DNA of 64,000 bases from Candidatus Gastranaerophilales bacterium (GTDB taxonomy: Bacteria > Cyanobacteriota > Vampirovibrionia > Gastranaerophilales > Gastranaerophilaceae). Numbering within the stretch: position 1 is the stretch's first letter; every line of letters starts with the position of its first letter. The DNA lies in contig CALUVR010000003.1 of assembly GCA_944324285.1 (NCBI GenBank), positions 1 to 64,000 of the forward strand, in the 5' to 3' direction. The notes beneath the pieces are model-generated. The model was given only the letters and a program-made list of their open reading frames with translations, had not been told where the DNA came from and made no database searches. A program made the position numbers and the translations under genes. This document shows, one piece after another, positions 1 through 10,171 of this stretch.

Positions 1-1790
<1,790 letters not shown>

Positions 1791-1964
1791 TTATATGCTA
1801 TTACTTAATACTATAATACCCCTTCATGTTAATACAAACAAAATAAATATTCAAAGAAAGAGCTTTGTAAATTTATATTAACTTTACCTGAAAATTTTCT
1901 TAATAACTGAAAAATTTTTTATTCACATGCGTTAAAATTGATTAAGAAAGAAAGGATTTTTCTT

Positions 1965-3182
1965 ATGAACATAACATCAATAAGCCCGAATTTTCAAACG
2001 TACAAAAGTGTTCAATATAATAAAGCAAACAACAAGCCTTTTATTCAGCCTAAATATACAAATACCCTGACTAAAGATACTGTATCATTTACGGCAAACC
2101 CTGTACATACTTCAAACATGGTTACCCAGAGAATTTCAGATTTTGTTGCGCAGAAGATGTCGGATGATATGGGCAGGCTGGAACGACTGGCTACAAATTA
2201 TCTTGATATGCTTGAAGTAATAGCTTTGAGATTAAAGGATGACGGTGTCACTTTCGATCGTGCTTATTGTGAATTACATCCGGTAAAATCTCCGGAATCT
2301 TACACTTCAAAAATTATCCGTTCAGGCTCATTTAAAGTTCCGGATGTGATAAGGGCAACTTTATACGTAAAGAACCCTTATGACTTATCTTTATTGAATG
2401 AAAAATTGCTTCCGGAAATGCAAAAACGCGGCTACATTCTTGCGCAGGCAGATATCCGGCATGAAGAACTCATGAAGCGCGGATACCTGACCCCTCCGGG
2501 CGGAAATCCAGAAACTGCTATGGTATATAGACTGCCTGATTTAGATATCAGATTAGAAAATGCAGGAGAAAATATCCAAATGCTTCCCCCTGAATTGCGT
2601 TACAGTATAAGTAAACCGCAACTTTCAGGATATGAAGATATTCAGATGAGGCTTGTTCGACAACAGGACAAAAAGAAAAATCCTGTTCAACACGAATTGA
2701 TTATTCTTTTTGGTCCGAATTATGCTCACGCAAAACAATTGGAATACGACAGAGTTTATAAATTTTTAAGAGAATTTCACGAACTTCATATAAAATTCTC
2801 GGATGAAATTCTCGGTTCACATTCCCAAAAAGCCAGCCGTTATATTGGCTTAATCCAACAGATGTTCCGTGGAAAAGTTTCTGAAAAATTGTTCCTTAAT
2901 GCAAAAAATAGAGATTTGTATGATTTAACAGATGAAGTTCCTATTAATTTTTCGGAAACTGATAAAAAGATGTTTGAAAGTTATTTTGCAGGACTGAAAG
3001 ACAGACTTAACTCGTGCTATAAAGAAGAAGAAAAACGCGCTAAAATAAGTGACTCTGCATACAAGCAACTTAAATCAGATCAGCGTCACGATAAAACTCT
3101 TATAAAAAAAATTCAGGATAATCTTCGCGAAACTATTGAATATTTTAACCACCAGAGCGGATTAAAAGAAACTAAAGATTAA
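1965..3182 (+). CDS. hypothetical protein; the track ORF starts at a TTG at 1938, the ATG at 1965 with an upstream AAAGG is more likely
   Basis: Long ORF of about 405 aa, charged and helical, with no confident motif. There is a weak resemblance to a nucleotidyltransferase or RelA-SpoT-like core (VKSPESYTSKIIRSG...PDVIRATLYV). Confidence 0.5.
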   Translation: MNITSISPNFQTYKSVQYNKANNKPFIQPKYTNTLTKDTVSFTANPVHTSNMVTQRISDFVAQKMSDDMGRLERLATNYLDMLEVIALRLKDDGVTFDRAYCELHPVKSPESYTSKIIRSGSFKVPDVIRATLYVKNPYDLSLLNEKLLPEMQKRGYILAQADIRHEELMKRGYLTPPGGNPETAMVYRLPDLDIRLENAGENIQMLPPELRYSISKPQLSGYEDIQMRLVRQQDKKKNPVQHELIILFGPNYAHAKQLEYDRVYKFLREFHELHIKFSDEILGSHSQKASRYIGLIQQMFRGKVSEKLFLNAKNRDLYDLTDEVPINFSETDKKMFESYFAGLKDRLNSCYKEEEKRAKISDSAYKQLKSDQRHDKTLIKKIQDNLRETIEYFNHQSGLKETKD

Positions 3183-4521
3183 TAATCGCCACATTTTCAA
3201 TATGGTAGGTGTGGCAGAACATATCAAAAGGCTGTATGCTTTGAACGCGGCAGCCTTTTTCGCATAAGTATTTTAAATCCCGCGCAAGCGTTGCAGGGTT
3301 GCAGCTTACATAAATAATTGTTCCTTTTGAAAGCCTTAAAACTTCATCAAGAGATTCTTTAGTACAGCCTTTTCGAGGCGGATCAAGTATAATTACATCG
3401 AATTTGCGCATTGTTTTTTTACAGAATTTTGCTGTATCCGCACAGTGTAGTTCCACATTTTTTATATCGTTAAGTTCAAGAACCTCGCGCGCTTTGTCAA
3501 TTGAGTCTTTATTTTCTTCAACAGACACAACCTTCCCGGCGACATCTGAAACGTTTATGCCGAATGTCGCAATTCCAGCATAGGCATCCAGTATCGTAGG
3601 GTTTTCAAAATTTTCTTTTATATATTTTTTCACGTAAGAAAATATATTTTCTGCGCTTTTCGGATTTACCTGAAAGAAGGTGTTTGCCCCAATCCTGAAG
3701 GTTTTATCAAGAAGTTTTTCTTTTATATAATCTTTGCCGCAAACGCATTCAGTTGTTTCTCCTAGAATTACGTTTGTATTTTTAGTGTTAAAGTTCACGC
3801 AAACTCCGGCAACTTCCTTAAACTCCGCAAATATTTCATTACAGAAATCCTTCAACCGCGGAAAGACTTTTTTTGAATTAACAACGAGTGTTACAAGAAC
3901 CTTTCCGGTTGCTGCAGAAACCCTCAGGACAATATGTCTTAAATCTCCGGCATGCTTTTTCTCGTTGTAACCGGAAATCCCGAAATCAAAACATTTAACG
4001 CGGATAAATTCTATGATATCATCGCAAATTGAAGGCTGTATCGGACAGTGTTTAATATTAACAATTTCATGGCTGTTAGGCTTGTAATAACCTGCAAGAA
4101 TTCTCCTTGAAACTTTTGTCTGAGAAACAGGATATTGAACTTTGTGACGGTACGTTCTTATCTCAGGACTCGGTACAGGCTTCGGAATTTCAATATCAAG
4201 TCCCCCGATTGAGTGTATTGCATCTTCAACTATCTGACGTTTAATTTCAAGCTGATAATCGTAATCAATAAATTGAAGCTGGCATGCTCCGCACACCTTT
4301 TGCATCGCGCAGAAAGGCTCGACCCTGTGAAGAGAAGGTGTTAAAATTTCAATAATCTTAGCATTTGCATAATTTTTATTAATTTTGGTTATTTTAACTT
4401 TCAATTCATCCTGCGGGCAGGCGTTTTCTACAAAAATTACAAACCCGTCGACACGGGCAATACCAGTACCCAGATTAGAAAGTTTTTCAATTGTGACAGT
4501 CAATTCGTCGTTGATATTCAT
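3172..4521 (-). CDS. rlmD: 23S rRNA (uracil-C5)-methyltransferase, RumA/RlmD family (TRAM domain, 4Fe-4S cysteines, SAM methyltransferase)
   Basis: N-terminal TRAM domain. Cys cluster CAMQKVCGACQLQ. DPPRKG and SCNPATLARDL motifs. Confidence 0.85.
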   Translation of the reverse strand: MNINDELTVTIEKLSNLGTGIARVDGFVIFVENACPQDELKVKITKINKNYANAKIIEILTPSLHRVEPFCAMQKVCGACQLQFIDYDYQLEIKRQIVEDAIHSIGGLDIEIPKPVPSPEIRTYRHKVQYPVSQTKVSRRILAGYYKPNSHEIVNIKHCPIQPSICDDIIEFIRVKCFDFGISGYNEKKHAGDLRHIVLRVSAATGKVLVTLVVNSKKVFPRLKDFCNEIFAEFKEVAGVCVNFNTKNTNVILGETTECVCGKDYIKEKLLDKTFRIGANTFFQVNPKSAENIFSYVKKYIKENFENPTILDAYAGIATFGINVSDVAGKVVSVEENKDSIDKAREVLELNDIKNVELHCADTAKFCKKTMRKFDVIILDPPRKGCTKESLDEVLRLSKGTIIYVSCNPATLARDLKYLCEKGCRVQSIQPFDMFCHTYHIENVAIINL

Positions 4522-4543
4522 ACCAAAATTATAACATAAATAC

Positions 4544-5221
4544 CTATGGAAGATTTTTAAAATAATTTGAATCAGTCAATGCAGGATATGCGCAGCCAAC
4601 ACCATTAAAGTTTGATGTACTTGTTTTAGAACATGTAATATCCATATCTGATAAATCAGAAGGTGAACCACTTACACACATACGGTATTTTGCTGACTCT
4701 GGCGAACCTACAGGAATTAGTTTATCCCCTTTGCCAAGGACGAACATAAATACATCATACCCTAACTTTGATGGACCTTTTCCCCCATTGATATCAACAG
4801 TAATAAAAATATCACAAACGGTCTCAAAATATATATCCATAAGCCCAGCAGCTAAAATATAACCATCATCAAATGTACAAGGATTAGATGCAAAATTATT
4901 ATAAGTTTTAATATCCTTATTATTTGGTCTACCATCAATAATTTGTGCGGTGGCAAACTGTTTTCCAAGAATTTCATGCAGATGCTTTCCTTCTTCCTGG
5001 CTGGATATATAATTACCCGAATACAAACTGTTCAAATCCTCATACTCATAATTAGCTCTTACAACAGCCTGCTGAATAGAAGAATATGCCTTTTTGAACT
5101 GAGTTTCCAACTCTTTATTGTGTTTTTTCTGTATTAATACCGGTAAAGTCATCGCTGCAACAATTCCGACAATTCCAAGTGTTATTAAGACTTCTGCCAA
5201 AGTAAAAGCTTCTCTTTTCAT
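4544..5221 (-). CDS. prepilin-type N-terminal cleavage/methylation domain protein (type IV pilin-like / pseudopilin-like)
   Basis: N-terminus MKREA|FTLAEVLITLGIVGIVAAMTLP, with a short basic leader, F+1 and E+5. C-terminal motif VDINGGKGPSKLGYDVF is shared with the three paralogs in this window. Confidence 0.8.
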   Translation of the reverse strand: MKREAFTLAEVLITLGIVGIVAAMTLPVLIQKKHNKELETQFKKAYSSIQQAVVRANYEYEDLNSLYSGNYISSQEEGKHLHEILGKQFATAQIIDGRPNNKDIKTYNNFASNPCTFDDGYILAAGLMDIYFETVCDIFITVDINGGKGPSKLGYDVFMFVLGKGDKLIPVGSPESAKYRMCVSGSPSDLSDMDITCSKTSTSNFNGVGCAYPALTDSNYFKNLP

Positions 5222-5299
5222 AATTAACCCTATATATACTAAATTAGATATACTTAATTAACTATAACTAATTTATCACACCTTATTAGAATTGTAAAC

Positions 5300-5584
5300 A
5301 TGCAATACATTAGAAAGAACCTACAACCAAAACAGCAGCAGCTTCTGAACGCTATCGGAGACTTAATCAGGGAAAAAAGACTTAAACTAAATAAAGGAAT
5401 ACAACTTTTCAGCTACGAATACGATATATCAAACAGTTCTATAGCGCTTCTGGAAAAAGGGAAACGGGATGTACAGGTAACAACATTATGGAAACTGGCC
5501 AATGCATTTGGCATGTCATTTTCAGAATTCGCGAGAGAAGTTGAAAGCAGGCTCCCTGAGGGGTTTAAACTGATTGATGATTAA
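5300..5584 (+). CDS. XRE-family helix-turn-helix transcriptional regulator
   Basis: HTH_3-like segment SNSSIALLEKGKRDVQVTTLWKLANAFGMSFSEF. Divergent from the pilin-like gene. Confidence 0.75.
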   Translation: MQYIRKNLQPKQQQLLNAIGDLIREKRLKLNKGIQLFSYEYDISNSSIALLEKGKRDVQVTTLWKLANAFGMSFSEFAREVESRLPEGFKLIDD

Positions 5585-5599
5585 AAAATAAAAAAGTTA

Positions 5600-5628
5600 T
5601 TGACAGGAAAAGTTTTTTTGATAAGATA
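5600..5628 (+). promoter_or_regulatory. sigma-70-like promoter (TTGACA-17 nt-TAAGAT) upstream of the tRNA cluster
   Basis: TTGACA at 5600-5605 and TAAGAT at 5623-5628 with a 17-nt spacer. Confidence 0.35.
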
Positions 5629-5656
5629 ATAAATGTCGAAAGACAAACCCCGAGGG

Positions 5657-5679
5657 GGTGCGGGCGTTTAGCTCAGTTG
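5657..5679 (+). repeat. 23-nt duplicate of the 5' end of tRNA-Val plus leader (GGTGCGGGCGTTTAGCTCAGTTG); a truncated, non-functional tRNA fragment
   Basis: Identical 23-mer at 5657-5679 and 5761-5783. The first copy is not followed by a foldable tRNA body. Confidence 0.6.
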
Positions 5680-5765
5680 CCCAGCGAAGTCGGAGACGCA
5701 GCGTAGTTCAAAATAGGCTCTACCGACTGAGCGAAAACAGAGTTTGACAAATAAATAAAAGGTGC

Positions 5766-5841
5766 GGGCGTTTAGCTCAGTTGGTAGAGCGTCTCCCTTA
5801 CAAGGAGAGGGTCATAAGTTCGAGTCTTATAACGCCCACCA
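5766..5841 (+). tRNA. tRNA-Val (anticodon TAC), CCA encoded
   Basis: Cloverleaf folded by hand: acceptor GGGCGTT/AACGCCC, D-arm GCTC-AGTTGGTA-GAGC, anticodon stem TCTCC/GGAGA with loop CTTACAA, T-arm ATAAG-TTCGAGT-CTTAT, then ACCA. Confidence 0.9.
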
Positions 5842-5844
5842 TAT

Positions 5845-5874
5845 AAAAAAGACCGCTTTGGCGGTCTTTTTTAA
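5845..5874 (+). terminator. rho-independent terminator after tRNA-Val
   Basis: AAAAGACCGC-TTTG-GCGGTCTTTTTT hairpin followed by a T-run. Confidence 0.7.
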
Positions 5875-5908
5875 TAAAAATATATACAAATTCCAATTTC
5901 TATTGCAG

Positions 5909-5981
5909 GGGGAGTTGGCGCAGTTGGTAGCGCGTGACACTGGCAGTGTCAAGGTCAGGGGTTCGAATCCCCTACGCTCCA
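5909..5981 (+). tRNA. tRNA-Ala (anticodon GGC), no encoded CCA
   Basis: Acceptor GGGGAGT/ACGCTCC with a G3:U70 pair (the Ala identity element) and one A:G mismatch at 5:68. D-arm GCGC-AGTTGGTA-GCGC. Anticodon loop CTGGCAG. T-arm AGGGG-TTCGAAT-CCCCT. Confidence 0.75.
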
Positions 5982-5982
5982 T

Positions 5983-6261
5983 TTATTTATGTTTATAAAT
6001 ACTATGTGCTCGTTTTAAAATAGCTTTGTATTCAGGTTTCAATAAATTAATAACAGTTTGAGCATCTTTTGATAATTTTGCCATAAGACATGTGCATCCA
6101 TAAGAGATTAACATATTTGGTAATTTATGTGAAACAGCATCATTTACACCGATTGCGAGATTCATGGCTGCTGCGGCAGCGGTTATATTTCGTTTAAATT
6201 TTGCCTCTTTATAAATTCTAGTAACCATTATTTTTGATGTTGATATTTTATTAACGTTCAT
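5983..6261 (-). CDS. small hypothetical protein (92 aa)
   Basis: ORF only. No recognisable motif. Confidence 0.3.
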   Translation of the reverse strand: MNVNKISTSKIMVTRIYKEAKFKRNITAAAAAMNLAIGVNDAVSHKLPNMLISYGCTCLMAKLSKDAQTVINLLKPEYKAILKRAHSIYKHK

Positions 6262-6319
6262 AGATTTTCTCCACTATTCATTTTCGACTTATTTAAAAAT
6301 ATGAAAAAATTATTTTTTG

Positions 6320-7621
6320 TTATAAATCTTCCTCAAGATCGAAATCTTCGTCATTAATTTCTCTAAGAAAGTTGGTCCAGCTGTTGTAGTAATCCGTCAG
6401 CGCATTAGTGTAGCCGACAATTATTGATTTATAAGACTGCTTCATAACTATAAGTGCAGTAATATCGGATTTACCCTGTTCATAGCTTTTTTTAGAAACT
6501 TCAATCAATTCTTCTGAATCCGTGAGAATTTGTGTTTCATAATGTTTAAGGTTTTCTGCAGCAGTTAAAAAAGTTTCATAGGCTGAGGTTATATCTTTTA
6601 TCGCTTTATTTTGAACTGAATTATATTTTAATTCTGCCTGACGGAGTTTATATGTGGCATTTTGAATTTCCGGAGCATAGTTATAAAAAAGCGGAATATT
6701 CACAAGGCTTGCGCCGGCGTAAGCCCCGTTATTAAAATGTCCGGTATCTGTATAAGCACCGAGTTGATAAGCGTAACCTCCTGTCAATTCAATATCCGGA
6801 ATTCTCTGGCGGCTAACCATAATAAGATTTTTCTCCGCTACGTCAATTTCCTGTTTTGCGATTTGGATATCAAATCTGTTATTTAAGAGTTTTGTAATAA
6901 TAACAGAAATTTCAGGAAATTTGTAATCAGGAGGAGGTGTCAACATTTCATCAAAGTTATTTTCCTCAGAGAAAATTTTATCTTTACTGTCATAAACAAC
7001 GTTATTCGGATCATTTATGATTTTGTTAAACTCATATAGTGCATTTTTAACATTTACCTTTGAGGTATTTACCTGAGTGATGAGCTGGTTAAGGGCGATT
7101 TTTGCCTGAATTGCGTCAATTTCCGGCACCTTGCCTGATTTAACGCGGTTTTCGGCAATTTGTAAAAGTTCTTCCTGTAACTCCTGTTGCTGTTCAAGTG
7201 TAAATAAAATGGATTTTGCGGCAACAAGATTAATATAAGCTTCCCTGACATCCATTTTTAAATCGAATTTTGTATAATCTACATTTTTTTCAACGAGTGC
7301 GAGGTGTGATTTTGCAAGATTTTTTCTTGCACTGCGTTTAAAGATTTCAATATTCTGGCTGACCCCAAGCTGCTTTGGTTCAGACCGTCCTGCAGCGCCG
7401 AGAAAATAAAAAGCGTCGAGGGAGGGATTCTGCAAACGGTTTGCGGCTTTAATTTTATTCTTTGCAATATTTATTTCAAATTTTTGAGCCTGCAGGTCAA
7501 TATTATTTTTCAGGGCAGCCTCAATGGCTTCTTCGAGGTAGACTTTTTTAACTTCTTCAATACAAAAAGCAGTATTTGAAGAAAGGAGTATTATAAGTAA
7601 TATCGCAAAGAATTTCTTCAT
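6320..7621 (-). CDS. outer membrane efflux protein, TolC/OEP family
   Basis: Signal peptide MKKFFAILLIILLSSNTAFC. Two repeated coiled-coil/beta-barrel halves typical of OEP (LEEAIEAALKNNIDLQAQKFEINIAK...). Confidence 0.8.
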   Translation of the reverse strand: MKKFFAILLIILLSSNTAFCIEEVKKVYLEEAIEAALKNNIDLQAQKFEINIAKNKIKAANRLQNPSLDAFYFLGAAGRSEPKQLGVSQNIEIFKRSARKNLAKSHLALVEKNVDYTKFDLKMDVREAYINLVAAKSILFTLEQQQELQEELLQIAENRVKSGKVPEIDAIQAKIALNQLITQVNTSKVNVKNALYEFNKIINDPNNVVYDSKDKIFSEENNFDEMLTPPPDYKFPEISVIITKLLNNRFDIQIAKQEIDVAEKNLIMVSRQRIPDIELTGGYAYQLGAYTDTGHFNNGAYAGASLVNIPLFYNYAPEIQNATYKLRQAELKYNSVQNKAIKDITSAYETFLTAAENLKHYETQILTDSEELIEVSKKSYEQGKSDITALIVMKQSYKSIIVGYTNALTDYYNSWTNFLREINDEDFDLEEDL

Positions 7622-7645
7622 AATAATAAATTATATCTCAAATAT

Positions 7646-8158
7646 CTAGCAGCGAGTAACAGTTTCTGTGATATCAAGGCGTTCAAAATGGCGCGGATTA
7701 GGAGCGGAATCTTCTGCCGGATATCCGATAGGGAAAAGCGCAACAGGTATGATATTTTCAGGAAGTGCGAAATTTTCTTTTACTGCAGCAGGGTCAAAAT
7801 GTCCTACCCAGGTTGTTCCCAGACCTAAATTTGTAACTTCAAGCATCATCTGTGTTGAAACGATTGCGGCATCAACTTCACCCATATCTTTATTATCGCA
7901 AGGTCGCTTCCAGCTTACCTGATTGTAGTAGCAGACTAAAAGTGCAACAGGTGCATTAAAATGATAGCGGGTGCATTCTTTTAATTTTTCAAGCGAAGTT
8001 TCACTTTCTATCACATAAATTCTTTGAGGCTGAAAGTTGACAGCAGTCGGCGCAAGGCGTCCTGCTTCCAGAATTTTATCAATCTTTTCTTTTTCAACCT
8101 TTTTATCACTAAATTTTCTAACAGAGTGGCGTTCTTTTAACAAATCCATTAACTCCAT
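7646..8158 (-). CDS. nitroreductase family protein
   Basis: LLKERHSVRKF...GRLAPTAVNFQPQRIYVI nitroreductase signature. Confidence 0.85.
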   Translation of the reverse strand: MELMDLLKERHSVRKFSDKKVEKEKIDKILEAGRLAPTAVNFQPQRIYVIESETSLEKLKECTRYHFNAPVALLVCYYNQVSWKRPCDNKDMGEVDAAIVSTQMMLEVTNLGLGTTWVGHFDPAAVKENFALPENIIPVALFPIGYPAEDSAPNPRHFERLDITETVTRC

Positions 8159-8168
8159 AATAACCTCC

Positions 8169-8660
8169 TTATTTAAGATATTTTTGTAAAATTAATTTTT
8201 TCAAAGCTCTTGAATGCACAGCATCAGGCTGAAGCGCAATAACTTTATCAAGAGAAGCTATTGCGGCTTTATATTCGCCGAGTTTTTTCTGAACAACAGC
8301 CGAGTAATAGTATGCGTCTATAAATTTTGTATCAAGTTCAACTGCTTTTTGCAAATCTGAAAGCGCTGATTTGAGTTCATCTTCTGTCGGGTTGTCGTAT
8401 GCAAGAATTACCTGTGCGCGGTTATAATACGCATCAATCATCTGCGGATTACAGTCAATCGCTTTTGTATAGCATTCATAAGCATCTTCAAGTTTATTTA
8501 AATTGTGATATGCAATCCCTTTTGAAAAATATGTTAAAGCAGAATCTGATTTAAGTTCCAGAGATTTGTCAAATTCATTAATAGCTTCTTCAAACTTTCC
8601 TTTATTTGTAAGTTCAATTCCGTAATTCAAATAGTATTTGTAATCTTTATTTTCGTCCAT
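8169..8660 (-). CDS. tetratricopeptide (TPR) repeat protein
   Basis: Repeated AxxYYxxGxA / TPR-like 34-mers. Confidence 0.7.
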   Translation of the reverse strand: MDENKDYKYYLNYGIELTNKGKFEEAINEFDKSLELKSDSALTYFSKGIAYHNLNKLEDAYECYTKAIDCNPQMIDAYYNRAQVILAYDNPTEDELKSALSDLQKAVELDTKFIDAYYYSAVVQKKLGEYKAAIASLDKVIALQPDAVHSRALKKLILQKYLK

Positions 8661-8746
8661 ATAATCATAATAATTTAAAATTAACCGTATTACAATATGT
8701 CTTTCTGACTGATGAAATAACGCCTTGATATTCTCATAATCAGGAT

Positions 8747-10057
8747 ATGAATACTGTTAACAAATTACTTACTGCACTAGGATTTAATACACATCTCCAT
8801 TATGACAAATGGACAAAAGACCATGAATTTGTTTCAGGGAAAAAGAAATGGATAGGAAATATTCTGCCATCGGAACTATTGAAAAGAAGTGTCAAACATG
8901 CGGTAGAATCGCTTGTGACACTGTGCGAATGCGATGAATTCTTCCACAGCTTTCCTGATGAAATAAAAAGCCCGAACTACGGCGATACTTGGGGGCGGCT
9001 TGCAAACTATATTGAGATAAATAATCGCGCAATTGCAGAAATGCACGGCGATAAAACACAAAACGGAATTTTAAGCGCAATAAAAATTCTACCTGCTCTT
9101 CCGCCGTCTGCAAAAAGCTGGGCAAACTGCTTAATTTTATCTCAAATTTTTCCGAACATTTTCGGCGACGGATATAACAAAGGACCTTTTGAAGAAAATT
9201 CCATTTACGGAATTAAACTGAATGCAGGTTACAGCGGAAACATTATAGATTTTTCGATTACAGATAAAATTTCTCCCGAAGAACAATTTATTGCATTTAA
9301 TGATCTCGCGCATTTTCACGGGTTAAAGACAGGTTTCCGGACAGTAATTTCCGCGGACCAGATAAAGGTTTGTTATCCGGATAGAGAAGAAGGCTTCAAC
9401 TGGTGTAATCCCGAACATCAGGAAATCTTTATAAATGAACATGTAAAACTAATGAAACTCGGATTTGAATGTATATTTATAGATTCCGCCAAACACATAG
9501 GCGGATATGAATGCGAGAATTATACAGGGGTCGGCGACCTTCCTGAATATGGACAAATGCAATATATCTTACAGCAAATCCGCGAACGCTCAGGCATGAC
9601 GACCATTAGTTTTGTCGGAGAAAAAAGTACCGGTGATTTTGAAAGGTACAAAAATTTAGGTCTGACAGCAGGTACTGCCTTTGTCTCACCTGATGATTTT
9701 AATAATGTTAAAGATTGGTCTGAGAAATTCAAATACAGCCGCGAATATGCTCCCGGAATTGAAGTTTCAAACGACAATGATAACGGCGGCTCCCGCTATG
9801 AGGATAGATTAAACAGGATTAACACCTGCCTTTTCGGCTATGAATATCCGAGTGATAAGCTGCCGAGTTTTATGCAGATGGAAGATTTGTTTCCGCTGCG
9901 ATACGACACAAGCACCCATCACCTTATGATGACAAACCCGTCGTATTCCACTGACGGCACACCGGAAAGCCACTGGGAAAACCTTTTTACACAAGAGGAC
10001 GGACGTGCCTACAATTTAAAAGTCGGAGAACTTTTTGCAAATGCTCTGAACCTTTGA
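8747..10057 (+). CDS. hypothetical protein, possible glycoside-hydrolase-like TIM barrel (weak)
   Basis: GFECIFIDSAKHIGGYE resembles alpha-amylase region II (GFRxDAAKH). No other confident motif. Confidence 0.45.
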   Translation: MNTVNKLLTALGFNTHLHYDKWTKDHEFVSGKKKWIGNILPSELLKRSVKHAVESLVTLCECDEFFHSFPDEIKSPNYGDTWGRLANYIEINNRAIAEMHGDKTQNGILSAIKILPALPPSAKSWANCLILSQIFPNIFGDGYNKGPFEENSIYGIKLNAGYSGNIIDFSITDKISPEEQFIAFNDLAHFHGLKTGFRTVISADQIKVCYPDREEGFNWCNPEHQEIFINEHVKLMKLGFECIFIDSAKHIGGYECENYTGVGDLPEYGQMQYILQQIRERSGMTTISFVGEKSTGDFERYKNLGLTAGTAFVSPDDFNNVKDWSEKFKYSREYAPGIEVSNDNDNGGSRYEDRLNRINTCLFGYEYPSDKLPSFMQMEDLFPLRYDTSTHHLMMTNPSYSTDGTPESHWENLFTQEDGRAYNLKVGELFANALNL

Positions 10058-10171
10058 AACAAAACGCACTCTCTTTCGTCTGTGATTTTATGCGGCACTG
10101 AATTGCGCGGGCAATTACGGATTGCCGCCCGCAATGAGTATAAATAATTAAATCAAAAGAGAGGGTTTTAA

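Noticed and set aside
5658-5745. A fourth tRNA gene upstream of tRNA-Val
   Set aside because: It shares only the first 18 nt of the tRNA (acceptor, D-stem 5' side). No D-stem closure, anticodon arm, T-arm or 3' acceptor strand follows.
5762-5998. ORF-track CDS (78 aa) spanning the tRNA cluster
   Set aside because: It is a translation of tRNA-Val, its terminator and tRNA-Ala.
10095-10140. GC-rich stem (GCGGGC...GCCCGC) upstream of the sigma-70 gene as a riboswitch or attenuator
   Set aside because: Only a 6-bp stem with a 14-nt loop, and no U-tract or alternative structure evident. It was noted but is too weak to call.
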